A stretch of 64,000 nucleotides of DNA from Microbotryum violaceum (taxonomy: Eukaryota), in the NCBI GenBank assembly GCA_001244265.2, contig CDLV01000012.1:930001-994000 (forward strand), given 5' to 3'. Shown piece by piece: positions 51,724 to 63,640 of this stretch (position 1 is the first letter of the stretch; every line of letters starts with the position of its first letter). The position numbers were made by a program, and so were the translations under genes. Under the pieces are notes generated by a model. That model saw only the letters and a list, made by a program, of their open reading frames with translations. It did no database searches and was not told the DNA's origin.

Positions 51724-54700
51724 CTACTGCCCTCTCCTCCCCCAAGCTCCTCCCGCCCTCAGCTTCAACCTCTCCTCCAAGATGATCCTCCTCCTCACAA
51801 CACCCTCCATCTTCGTCCCCCACTTCTGCATCCCCCACCTCCCGCTGCTGATCATCTCCAAGACCAGCCCGGTGAATATTTCGATCGTCCTCCCGCTCCT
51901 TCTTGATCGCGTAGACTGGCCTTGAGCTTCGGAAGTCCGAACATGCGTTGAACAGCCGTGTAATGCGTGTTGTCGATCGTGTCGAGCCCCAGTGCGTCGC
52001 AGAGCACGCTCCTTGCCGCGATCCAAACGTTCCCAGAGTCAACGCAGTCGAAAAAGTAGTGGTCGGTGTCGTCCACCGGCGCCTCGCAGACGAGGCACGC
52101 GGGAGAAGTGTCGTGATTCTGTTGGTGTTGCAGCTTGCGCGTCGGGGTGAAGCGGAGAATCAGCTTGAACCAAACTTCCCTCTCCCTCGCCGTCAGTGCC
52201 TTCGAGTTGACCGCCTTCCAAAAGCTCCTGAGGTCGTCCGGCTGCGGTGGTCCCTTGAGCCCGAGCGTGTTGGTAAAGGCCTTCGCGTTCAGGACCCGGC
52301 GGATGCGACGGATGGTGTACGGTCGAGCCATGTTCAGCAGCTTGTACTGGCTCGCCTGCTGTGGAAGCACCGGGTCCGGAAGGCGCTGCTCCATTGCGAA
52401 GCGGGCCACGGGCTTGGGGAGAATCGCCTCGAGCGGTGCGCTGGTGCCGATCCGGGGAGGCACGTTGAGCCGTCCTGCCGCCACCGCCACCGCCAAGGGC
52501 GTGTTCTTGTGTCGATCGACAGTAAACCGGTACCAGGCCGCGATTGCCAGTCGCTGCGGGAGCCCGCGTCGATCGTACTCGCTGTTGTCGCCGAGCACAT
52601 CCGCCGGCGGCGTCCAAAGGTGAAACCCCCCACCCGCATACAACTCGCGCCGGTAGAGATCCGCCACCTTCGGGTAGCCCTGGAGACGAAGGTAGTCAGG
52701 TATATGAACCGCGTCGATGGTCTGTCTCCCTCTGATGGGGGTGTGGAGGCTGCCGAGCAAGGTGGGAAGCGCGAGCAGGTTCGCGGTGGTCAAGGTCCTC
52801 GGGTTGACCTGCGCGTCTTGCTGTTTCGGAACCCCCAATGCTGCTCGCCATCGGGGATGGAGGTCGCTGGGGATGGGAGTGGATGGATGTGGCCAGAGAT
52901 CGGTGGCCAGGTCGAGGTCGGACTGAGCTCGCTGGAGTGCCACGCGCGCAAGTCCTTGCCAGATCGCGCCCGAACCGCCGAGAAGAACGTCCCAGATCCG
53001 TGCCGCAACCGCGTCCACGACGTCCTGCATCCTGATCACCCCGAGTCCCCCTTGAGCTTGGCTGTGAACACGATATCTCTGCCGTAGCTGGTCCTGCCCT
53101 TGCCCCCACGGACGAAATCGACGAGCATGTCATCGAGCTTCTTGACGACTTCGGGCGGCGGGATGTCGGCTGCAAGGAAGTGCAGGATCTTGGGGATGGC
53201 GTACCGATTGACGTAAAAGGCACGGGTGTGGTGTGTGAGCCAGCGATGCTGAACCCCTTCCAGCGTCGCCTCGAGGCGTTCGATGAGATTCGCGTAGGCG
53301 AGTTCGGTGTCGCCGCTCGGGTCGAAGGGGAGGCCGATCCACTCGAGCGACTCGCCTGCGGCCTTGACGACGAGCGGGCGTTGCCCCGGGTCCCAGCGGC
53401 GTCCGATCGGTAGGACGACCGTCTTGTCCGTGTTGAGCCGGCCATTCGTTGCATGCCTCCAGTCGAGCGCCAGGTCATCGAGCAAGTTGAGTGACCCCAA
53501 GCCCGCGACGGCGACGACAACGTCATCGGCAAAAGCAAGCGATGTAATGGCGCGGCTCTGTGGGTACGGATGAAGTGCAGGTATGGAGAGATTCAGCGCG
53601 ATGTTTCGACGGTGTAGAGCATCCAGAAACGGCTGAAACACGATGTCCCAGACCGACGACGACGCCGGGTCCCCTTGGCCGAGCCCACATGTCAGTCGTA
53701 CCGGCGCCGTCAAGAACCCATTGATGATGTAGCGGGCCGAGGTCGAGTCACCCGAGTAGAGCATCCTCAGCACGCGAAGAAAGGTGGCAGGAGCGCCCAG
53801 AGCGTCAAAGATGGCAAAGATCCAGTCATGCTCGACGAGGTCGTAGGCGGACGATTGGTCAAGAGATAAGAGTGCGGCCGCGGGGAACTCGGTCCTGCGC
53901 GCGCCAACTTCCTCGATCAGGAGACGAAGGTGTAGTGCAGCGTCAGCCGATCGGCGGTCCTTGACGAATCCGTGCTGCTGCGGCGGGAGGAGATCCGGTA
54001 GAATTTGGTTCAAACGGGCGACATAGACCTTGGTAAAGATCTTGTAATCGCACTCGCGCAGGGTGATCGGCCGGTACGCCGAAAGTTCGGCGCGATCAGC
54101 ATTCTTCTTGTGTCGCTTGAAGATGAGGCGCACGAGTCCTTGGCCCTGCTTGGGAGAGAGTGAGCCTCGCTCTATCATCGCGTTGTAGGCCTTGGTCAGC
54201 ACCTTGGCCCACGCCTTGGGTGCGGTCTGGTAGAGTTCGTAGGGCACGCCCGACGGTCCCGGCGATCGCCCCGGGTGCGTCGTCCCGATCGCGGCCACGA
54301 CCTCGTCCTCGGTGATTGGTCGCTGGAGTAAGTCGTTCTGTGATTCCGAGAGTCGGCGCAGAAAGAGAGGATCCGAGCGCGGGTCGTCGCAAGTCCGCGC
54401 CGCCCTGATCGGCGCGAGGAAATCGTCCCGAAGTCGGTCGACGCGGTCCGGGTCACGAGGCTCGATGTGGTAGAGGCGCTGGAAATGCGCCTGCGTGTGG
54501 TCAAGAGCGACATCAATGTCATGCGTTAGCTCTCCGTTGCTCAAGCGCAGTGCTGTGATCTTGGAGTCCGAGTTCCGCGCCGCGAGCTTGGCGTGGACCG
54601 GCCGCGACAGTCGTTCCTCGGAGGCGATCTCGGGTACGTGGGCTCGGATCCGGAGTAGGCGCGCGCGCTCCTCGACCGCCCGCTTGAGTTCCTCGGACGT

Positions 54701-55739
54701 CCTTGTCCATTCTGCCGTTTCCGCCTCCCCCATTCCGGTATCGCCTCCAGATCCTGCACCCTCCCCACCAAATACTCCATCCGTTCCGTCCGCTCCCGAT
54801 GCAACCTCCTCGCCATCTCCCCACCCCTATCCCTGCACGCCTTCAGAATGACCTCGAGCTCCCCCACCGGTTCCTCCCCGCTTGCCCCTTCCAACCATCC
54901 TTCCATCATCCGCTGGAATTCCACCGTCTTAAAGGTTGTGGTGTTGATTCGATGTGGTTGGTTTGATGTGGTAGGTAGGCTGAGCTGTGGGAGGGTCGCA
55001 TCAGGATCGTCTGAGAGAGCCAGCACAATCAAGACCGGTCGGTGATCGGAAAGCTCCTTGGGATAGTCGTAGATCGTCGAGGCCTGATCGAGTCTTTTTT
55101 GGTGTGTCCGTTGCAGGAGAAAGTAGTCAAGCCGGGAGAAGGAGTTGGGTCGCTTGCGATTGGGATTAGGTCGAGTGAAGGATGGGGTGATGGGGTGTTT
55201 GTAGCGGATGCAGTCCGTGTAGGCCGAGTCGAGCTTGCCGATCAGGATTGGCCAGTGGTGGCCGCGCCGACTTTGGTTCCGCCGATCGACTTCTGGGCGC
55301 GGGCAGTCGTTGAGATCACCGCCAAGGAGTCGGAGGTGGGATTTCTGTGTTTTGTGAAATAAGAGTTTGTCAAAGAATTTCGCTCGTTGCTTTGGGTCAA
55401 CGGCGCGTAAACGTTGTTGATTTCTAGAATTTTGATGTCGCCCCGCAGTCGAAAGGACGTGACGAGGAGCCGGCCGTCGAGTGCCGAGTGGGTGCGCAAG
55501 AGCTCGGCGTCGATCAGGGGGGAGTCAGCCGGAATTAGAGTCAGACAATGTTGGTTGATGAAGAGCTTGCCCTCGTACTCGTCCTTGATGAGTTGCCAGA
55601 GGTGCGGTCTGATGAAGTGCTCTTGTATGAGAATGGCCGATGCTTTGAAAAGGGATAGGTAGTTGTAAATGTCACGTCGTTTCTCCGGGACCCCCATGCC
55701 CCTCCTCACGTTCCAGGTGATGATGGTGTGCTTAATCAT
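51724..55739 (-). CDS. LINE ORF2: APE endonuclease + reverse transcriptase + C-terminal zinc finger (about 4 apparent frameshifts)
   Basis: [101 protein letters not shown]; no RNase H seen. Confidence 0.9.
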
Positions 55740-58018
55740 TAATGGGTAGTTGAGGTCGAAGCGCTCTTGGCGGTGGTGACGTCCTCAAAGAGGGGAGGGC
55801 GGGCAGGACATCGTCCTCGGGCTCGTGGTCGGACCATCTTTTCTCCTCGGCTACCCCCTTTGCTTTCCCTCGGTCCACTTTCGTCACGCCAACCGGCATC
55901 GCCGCCGCCGCTGACATCGACCTCGTCACCCTCCGCCCCTCTGTTCCATCCTTGACAACGACGCGGCTCTTCCCTTTGATGATCACTCGCTTGGCGTCGG
56001 TCGGTTCGTCACTCGGGTCACTGAGGTCCGCCGCAGTCTGCGACCTCTTCATTACCGGCTTTTTGAACTTCGAAGCGGTCCCCCTGATATTGATGGAACG
56101 TATCTCACCGTCCTCATCCCACGTGGCAAAGTTGTGACGCACCAAAGGGGTTTCAGCGTCGAGCCTCCTCTCGATGCTTTGGTCCCGCTCGAGTCGTGCC
56201 TGCTCAACCCAGTTAGCTCTGATCCTGTCCCACTCCTCCCCTCGCGAAGCGACTTGGCAAGAGTTTCGGGTGACAAAGGTGGGGTTGGTTCGTGGGGTGT
56301 CGATTCGCGGGAAGCGGTGGCGGCGGTTGCTGTTGCGTCGCTGTCGTCGTCATTGCCCAGCCTGTTCGTCTCCCCTAAGTCCGTCGCTTCCGCGTTCTCC
56401 GCTTTCGTCGCTCCCCCTGCCTCGTCCACATCGTCCACCTCCGTCGCCACCTCCTCTTCCTCCATCTCCGTCGCCACCTCCCTTTCCTCCATCTCCGTCG
56501 CCACCTTGCCTTCTGTTTCGCCCCTTCCATCCGCCATCACCTCATCCTCATCAATCACCTCTCCATCGGATCCTCCGCAGTCCACTAAAACCGACTCGTC
56601 CTCGCTCTTAAGTTTGATGACCTCCGTTTTCACGGTCGCCTCTGATTCCATCTCCGAGTCCTCCGAGTCCTCGTCATCCGCCTTATCACCAGCCTCCTCC
56701 TCCCCCGATTCCTCTGGCCCCTGTCCGCTCTGGCCAGTTACCGCTTCCTCCTGTCCCTCCTCAACCTCGAGCCCGGCGAAGCGATTCTGTGATGCGATCC
56801 TGCTAACAACTGGCACAGGAATGGGGGCCTCGGCCTCCACAATGTTGGTGTCGTTGGTGATGGTGTTCTTGTTGGCGTTGGGGTTGCCGTTGCCGTTGCC
56901 GTTGCCGTTGTGAGCCTCCTTTCGCTTGCTCTCCTGATCCAGTCCGCAGGTTCCCACGTGACCAACGAAGTGGCACCTACCGCAAGCCGCCTCCTTCTCA
57001 TAGTCATGGCGAAGGGCGGTGACGGGGATGCCTCGAGTGGGAAGGCCGATTCTCGAAGGTAGGATCTCTTTCAAGGTCGTGTTAGGGCGTTTGAACAGGG
57101 AGTCGTCATCGAAGTGTAGGAAAGCTGAGTAGTCTCCGGCAACGTGGGCAAAGGCCGAGGCGTTGTCCACGCTGATAATGCGCAGAACCTGCACAAGTTG
57201 GCACGAATGTCCCTTGCCTGACAAGTCCTGCACTAGTAATTGGAACGATTTGATGATGGCATCCATGGAAGGCACTCCTTGAACACCGACGTTGATTCGA
57301 AGCTCGACCATGTTATGGTGGAACCTGTGAGATTTCGCGAAGCGGGCCTTCGCCGATCGCCAAGTGAGAGCAGGGGCGTCGTAAGCGCAGCGTCACGTGC
57401 CTCGCCGGTGACGAACCCAACGGTAACGCGATGGTGAGCCGCCCCATTACGCAGGATTGATGAATGTTGTACGCCTAGGATCTGTGGTCGATAGGCTGCA
57501 AGGTGGTCCGGCAGAGGAACTCCAGGCTCAAAGCAGATAGGAGAGATCGGCGATAACAGCCTCGTGACGCAGGCCACGAGATCGGTCTTGTCGGCATGAG
57601 ACGCTCGCGAGGCGCTCTGGTGAGACAGAGTCACTTCAAGGGCGTAATCAAAGATGTTCTCGACAGACCGGTTCGCGTTCAAGGCCGAGAATTTCAGCGA
57701 TGTGGCGGTGGCGACGGGGTAGAGTTCGGCGAAGTAGATGGCCTGGACCCAACGATCCATGCGGTTTCCGGGTACAGCACCCATGGCTTGTAGGAGGCTG
57801 CCCAGAGCCTTGGCACGCTGTTGTTGTTGTTGCTGTTGTTCAGGTGACTGAGTCGCCTGACTCGCAGCGGCGGCATAGTTGGGTGCGGCGGTGGCGGGGC
57901 CCGTGGCTTGCGTCTTCTTCGAGCTTATCGGGATCTGGTCGCGGGGTGGCTGGACGCTGGTGGCGGACACCGGTGGTGGCGGTGCCGGCGGTGGGGACCC
58001 AGGGTCTCCTGTAGACAT
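55732..58018 (-). CDS. LINE ORF1 (gag-like; zinc knuckle; 2 apparent frameshifts)
   Basis: Consecutive ORFs 58018-57233, 57311-56052, 56145-55732; [13 protein letters not shown] knuckle; polyQ, (NG)n and acidic tracts; stop overlaps the ORF2 ATG (ATGATTAA). Confidence 0.8.
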
Positions 58019-58141
58019 CTTGTCGGTGTATCACTTGTTAACTCGAGTATCGAAGACTGCGGTAGGGCGATTTCGAAGTGAATCATCTGGGGTAAATGTC
58101 ATTAATCGATATGCCAGGTAGGGCCAGTCTCTTCGTCCAAA

Positions 58142-58223
58142 GCCCGGTTGATCTAGTCGGTTATGATGCAGACCTAATAACGCGTTAAGTCTGATGTCGG
58201 CGGTTCGATCCCGCCACTGGGCA
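58142..58223 (+). tRNA. tRNA-Ile (anticodon AAT) with 8-nt intron (58180-58187)
   Basis: Cloverleaf: acceptor GCCCGGT/ACTGGGC+A, D arm ATC/GAT with AGTCGGTTA, anticodon stem CAGAC/GTCTG with CT-AAT-A, T arm GGCGG-TTCGATC-CCGCC. Confidence 0.93.
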
Positions 58224-58240
58224 TTTTCTTTTGTTGTTTT
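58224..58240 (+). terminator. RNA polymerase III T-tract terminator
   Basis: ttttcttttgttgtttt immediately after the tRNA. Confidence 0.65.
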
Positions 58241-58783
58241 GCTGCAGCCGGTAATTTCTTCGGGCAGGCCTAGAACATGCCCAAGCTATCTCTTTTTTCC
58301 CTCGGATGGCTACCGAAACATATGTGTAAGGCAGGACTTATGATGATTTCATCTTCCTACCACAGATCTCGTGCACGCACCGTTCGCTCCAAATCGAGGC
58401 GTTTGACCCCTGACATCTGTAATCCAACATGAGACGAATGTCAAGTTGTGGCACGACTCCTGTGACTAAGTTGTATATCTTCCCAAACTAGGTTCGGCGG
58501 CGCGCGGAGCGCGCCACCTCACACTGAAAATCAGCAGTTCTGTTACATTATTGCAGGTGGCTACGGTTTTTACGCTGCTTTCATCTATGTTTTCGGGAGT
58601 TCTTGCAGGACTGGACAGAAGTTCCGAGCTTTGACCATCGGCAGCTCCACCTTGCCGTCGTTGCAACTTGCCCTGAATACTGGAGGATCCCGTCCTCCCA
58701 AGCGTTCAAAGTCCCAGTGGAAGGCGTTACACTTCCGACACAGAAGATCCATTGCACCTAAGTCGTGTCAAGGGTAGGCTCCC

Positions 58784-58828
58784 GGCAGTGGACGCAGTGG
58801 ACGCAGTGGACGCAGTGGACGCAGTGGA
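58784..58828. repeat. 9-bp tandem repeat (gcagtggac) x5
   Basis: Read directly. Confidence 0.9.
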
Positions 58829-59149
58829 ATCGGTGACTGTGCGGCGGGTGGATGTCGCCGTGCGCGAACTGAACGCGCTCCCGGAGGTTCCAGACTTGTA
58901 GGTCGTCGCTGCGGGATAGAGTTGACATCGGGCGTTGGCTGGGGTGAAGGCGATTGATTGATAGATTCATTCTGCTGCCTTTCCCTGAGTCTCCGCAATT
59001 GTTGTGCCCTAGATCTTCTGGAAGTAGAATGATTCGTCGATGTTGATGCGGTAGAGGCAGGGTTCGGCGAAGAACTGTGTGGGACCGGACCGGAACGCTC
59101 TCGCTCAAGCCATCGTCGTTGCTGGCCTTCAGACCTCCGAGACGTCGTG

Positions 59150-60733
59150 CAACTATCAGTATTCTTGCTGTTGTCCATCTGTAGCTATGGCAGTAAAGAC
59201 TCACATTTAGTGTCCCAATGACCCGGATTCTCAACCGTATGAAGTCAAGCAGCACCTCAACTTCCCCCCAGAAGTCCGCATTCCATGAAGCAAGCGTCGA
59301 CGATCTATGCAGGCGATGACTTGAGAATAACGGGAAGGCATTGCTTCGGATCCCCTGTAATGTTACAGTCGAACCGGTCAGTTGGTCATGCTGCCCTGCG
59401 TTTTGCTTTTGAAAAATCGGCACACACCTGCCAACACGACGGTCACTCCACCGAACCGAGCTGTTGAGGATCTGCCACGGGATCTATACTGCATGCTGCA
59501 GACATTTCTTGATAAAACCTGTCCCGTATTCGTGGCAGAGCTTCGACGACGACCCCTTCGGGTGTCGCGAGTTCGAGGCCTATATGTCTCGAGCATAGAG
59601 AGATGCAGCACCTCAACGTCCCCCCAGAAGTCAGCATTCCATGATGCAAGCGTCGACGATTTGTGCAGGCGATGACTTGGGAATAACGGGAAGGGATCTT
59701 GAGAAAACTTGTCCCCTGTGATGTTGCAGTCCAACCGGTCAGTTAGTCATGCTGCCCTGCGCTGTGCTGTTGAAAGATTGGCACACACCTGCCAACACGA
59801 CGGTCACTCCAACGAACGGAGCCGTTGAGGATCTGCCACGGATGGTGAGCCGCAATTCACGGACCTGTTTTTCTTGCGTGACTCGTTACAACTATTAGTA
59901 TTCTTGCTGTTGTCCATCTGTAGCTATGGCAGTGAAGACTCACATTTAGTGTTCCAATGTCCCGGATTCTCAACCGTACAAAGTCAAGCAGCACCTCAAC
60001 TTCAACCCAGAAGTCAGCATTCATGATGCAAGCGTCGACGATTTGTATAGGCGATGACTTGAGAACAACGGGAAGGCACTGCTTCGTATCTCCTGTCATG
60101 TTACAGCCCAAACGGTCAGTTAGTCATGCTGCCCTGCGCTTTGCTTTTGAAAGATTGGCACACACCTGCCAATACGACGGTCACTCCACTGAACCGAGCC
60201 GTGGAATAATGGGAAGGCATTGCTTCGGATTTCCTGTGATGTTACAATCCAACCGGTCATTAGTCATGCTGCCCTGCGTTTTGCTTTTGAAAGATTGGCA
60301 CATACCTGCCAACGCGATGGTCACCCCACCGAACCGAGCCGTGGAATAACGGGAAGGCATTGCTTCGGATTTTCTGTGATGTTACAGTCCAACCGGTTAG
60401 TTAGTCATGCTGCCCTGCGCTTTGCTTTTGAAAGATTGGCACATACCTGCCAACACGACGGTCACTCCACCGAACCAAACCGTTGAGGGTGACGGGAAGG
60501 CATTGCTTCGGATCCCCTGTTACAGTCCAACCGGTCAGTTAAGCATGCTGCCCTGCGTTTTGTTTCTGAAAGATTGGCACACACCTGCCATCGCGACGGT
60601 CACTCCACCGAACCGAGCCGTCGAGGATTTGCCACGGGATCTGTACTGCATGCTGCACAGTTTCTTGAGAAAACTTGTTCCGTATTCGTTGCAGAGCTTC
60701 CACGACGACCGCTTCGGATGTCGCAAGCTCGAG
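59150..60733. repeat. Complex satellite: six ~140-bp units plus higher-order duplications
   Basis: Unit gggaaggcattgcttcgga...tcatgctgccctgcg.tttgcttttgaaagattggcacacacctgccaa..cgacggtcactccac.gaaccgagc starts at ~59332, 59688, 60070, 60211, 60351, 60494. Confidence 0.92.
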
Positions 60734-61178
60734 GTGGCAATGGGATGAGGTGCGATGGGTAAGGTGTGAAGAGCAGGAGGGAGAAAGATGGAGAAGCCTG
60801 CGCCTCAGTTTGAACCGGACTCATAGAATGTCGTGGAAGGCCGCGGAACGTCGTGGAGTGAAGCCCGAAGCAGAAGGTCATGTGCCAGGCTGCTTTGATG
60901 GGAAATGGAACCTCGGCGAACGTGGACGGAATGGTCTGTCGCCACGTGATTTGTCTCCCGTTCTCTGACGTTCTTTGACGTCGACGTGGTAGACACGCAA
61001 ACCAGTCTGCTTCGGGACACAGAGAGTCACGTGCTATTCAATGGAACCTCGGCGAACGTAGGCGAAACGGTCTGAAACAGCGCTAGCTAGCTGGGACGCG
61101 CTGGACCAAGAGCTGCTGATGACGTCACGCCACGTGGTTTGTCTTTTGTTCTAGAAGATTCATTGTCTCGACGTATCC

Positions 61179-61316
61179 ATTTAGTAGTATATAATAGTAG
61201 TATAAATAGTAGTATAATAGTAGTATAATAATATAAAATAATAATATAACTATACATATATATATATATATATATATATAGTTATATATATATATTTAGT
61301 AGTATAGATAGATAGA
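61179..61316. repeat. AT-rich compound microsatellite: (TAGTAGTATAA)-like x4 plus (TA)n
   Basis: Read directly; almost no C. Confidence 0.9.
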
Positions 61317-62893
61317 AGATGGTTTTAAGGATAGAATTCGCCGGTCGCTGGTTCGACCCGATGCCGGTGCCCGACCACTCGTCTGCGCCAGTCAGGAGCT
61401 CCGCCCCCACATGAATCGAATGCATCAAGTTGAGTCGGACCCTTTCGTCCACGCCTAAGCGAGGCCAGGCCCAGACACGCAACGCGACTCAGAGCGGCCC
61501 TCATTTCGGCGGATTCTGTCAGGGGTCGGACTTTCGGAGGCTTCCACACGGCCCAACGTCTACTAGTCAGATCGAGGTTTTAAATTCTTGCGATTGGGAA
61601 ATCGCCGAGTGGCGATTCGACCACAGTCGTCTGATCCGAGTTGACGGGGCACCTCAGACGCATTCGGCAGCACTGCACACCAAGTCAGAAGGCAAGCAAT
61701 CAAGGCTTGCGCATCCGCTGATCTTGACACCTATCTCACAAGCCTCCGTCAAGCTTGACGGCCAGCTGCTGAGTCGGCCAACTAATCAAGGAGGATAACA
61801 ACACCTGCGGCGACCGTCTCGTGCCACTGCCGCCGTGTCGACACACGCGGTGCAGGCACCGCCTCCAACCTCTAGTACCTTCTTGACGCTGGGATAACAC
61901 CACTTAGCAGCGAGCCTTTGCCCCACCTCAAGCCGCGGTACCGAGAGAAGCGTGGTCAACGGACGATCGTCACGACAATCTTGACGACACCGCCAATCTC
62001 AGTCCGAGTGCGATCCGTCGTCGACGACTCGACAGACATTCCCATTGCAACAGGGATGCCCATCACGTCTATATCGACTTCTTCGTCTTCGCCGAAAGCA
62101 CTCGACCAGATGTTGAGATTCAAAGATGTCGTTGTCAACACCAATGTTGGTGCATCACAGCCGCGGGGTACGCTGTCGGCGGCATCGGCTTTGACAAGTT
62201 TTGACTCCGAACCTCTACCTTTCGCTCCTGAACACTCCATCGGCTCTCTCGCAGATTAAAAATTAATGGTGCATCTTCAAGTTTCCAACTCAAGTTCGTT
62301 TCTGCTCTGAACAAGGCTGGTGTTGCGGGCTCCACTTGTTCAGTTTCGACCATCAAAGCCGAGTCTTCCTCCGTGCAATTAGTCTTCAGCGTGCCAGTCC
62401 GGATGACGCCCCCGCTTCCCATCAATGTCACCGCCAAAAGCGTATCGTTTCATTTTCCATCAATATGGTTTTGAGCTCAAAATCGCTCTTCAAGGTAGGC
62501 CAAATAATCCATGAGTATTATGCATGCGGGAGTCCGATGCAGATCACTGCCAGTCCTTTCTTTCTCAATCGCCCCTGTCCGTCTTCAGATGACTCCCACT
62601 TCGATGAGTCGATCGCTGGACAGACGGATCTCTCTTTTGTTCTCAGCCTGATCTTCAACTCTTCTTGATCCCTCAAACTCGTGTCGTTCGCTGGCAAGGG
62701 ATGATTTTTCGGACCGAGTTCTTGAGTTGACCAGCTCCGCTCTCAACCTTGACACGCTGCCCGCCGAAGCAATACTGTTAATGAGATTTCTCCTTTTGTT
62801 CGAATCGACCAGCGAGATAGTTTTATATCTGACGCTTTGCTACTATGGCAGAGCAACCAGCATGCCAGCGATCGTCGTCAACTCTTACGCCGT

Positions 62894-62958
62894 GCATCTG
62901 TCCCTGCCAGCTTACGGCGGATGGCATCTGTCCCTGCAGCTTACGGCGGATGGCATCT
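62894..62958. repeat. ~29-bp tandem duplication
   Basis: gcatctgtccctg(c)cagcttacggcggatg x2.2. Confidence 0.8.
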
Positions 62959-63250
62959 CGTTGTACAAGACGACAGCAATCTGGACCCCGCCCTCCCAAA
63001 GTGGCTGATGAAAATATTTCTAACCACACGATACAGCTTGGCGAGGTGAGCTCGGGCGCCTTCTTTATGGCCGGCCACTGCAACTGGTGGAGCAGTCGAC
63101 TCGTGCTCAAAGGAACCCCCAGATCCACTCCCATGGTACGGACCCGCCGAGCTCACCAACCTTCCCTCAAATGGTGACGATACCTCTTGGACGGTCTTTT
63201 GATGAGAGGAAAGGGGTCTGGAACATGCAAGACGCTTCGGACTTGTTCTA

Positions 63251-63640
63251 CACATGCGTGCGCGAAACTCATGGATGCCATATGGAAAAACGCCGTATGT
63301 CTGCCAAGACCAAAGTTACCTTGCACCGTGAACGGCTCCCTTCTGATTTCAATCAGCATCGATTGAAATTGTTATTATTTTTGCCAGCCCCTTCACAACT
63401 GGACTACACAGCCAAAAAAAGCCAGCAATTTCAAGCGATGCGGAATCAGAAGGGAGCCATTTAAGGCGCAAGGTAACTTTGCGTGTAGTTAGTTGTGAAG
63501 GGGCTGGCAAAAATAATAACGATTTCAATCAATGCTGATTGAAATCAGGAGGGAGCCGTTCACGGTGCAAGGTAACTTTGGTCTTGGCAGACATACGGCG
63601 TTTTTCCATATGGGCTCCATGAGTTTCGCGCGCGCATGTG
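63251..63640. mobile_element. MITE / fold-back element, ~150-bp near-perfect TIRs, TA target duplication; related to 33323-33736
   Basis: TA|CACATGCGTGCGCGAAACTCATGG...CCATGAGTTTCGCGCGCGCATGTG|TA; shared core ggctcccttctgatttcaatcagcat.gattgaaatt and ccagccccttcacaactggactacaca. Confidence 0.9.

Larger units (their letters stand above)
51069..58018 (-). mobile_element. Full-length L1/Tx1-like non-LTR retrotransposon, family A (~7 kb; true 5' end lies between 58018 and 58141)
   Basis: ORF1 + ORF2 (APE-RT-CCHC), ~640-bp 3' UTR, T12 at 51069-51080 (polyA on minus strand). Confidence 0.95.

Noticed and set aside
51948-53087. 379-aa plus-strand ORF (also 56134-56913 and many others opposite genes)
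   Set aside because: Antisense shadows of GC-rich coding sequence with no recognisable motifs
58056-58061. actgcg as TSD of the full-length LINE (matches 51061-51066)
   Set aside because: Only 6 bp, not flush with the tail, and already part of family B sequence; the TSD remains undetermined
59332-60620. CRISPR-like array
   Set aside because: Units are ~140 bp and similar along their whole length with no unique spacers; eukaryotic context and no cas genes
61179-61316. Interstitial telomere
   Set aside because: No TTAGGG-type G-rich unit; it is a TA-rich microsatellite
61900-63240. Degenerate minus-strand coding relic
   Set aside because: Multiple stops and no family recognised; needs a translated search
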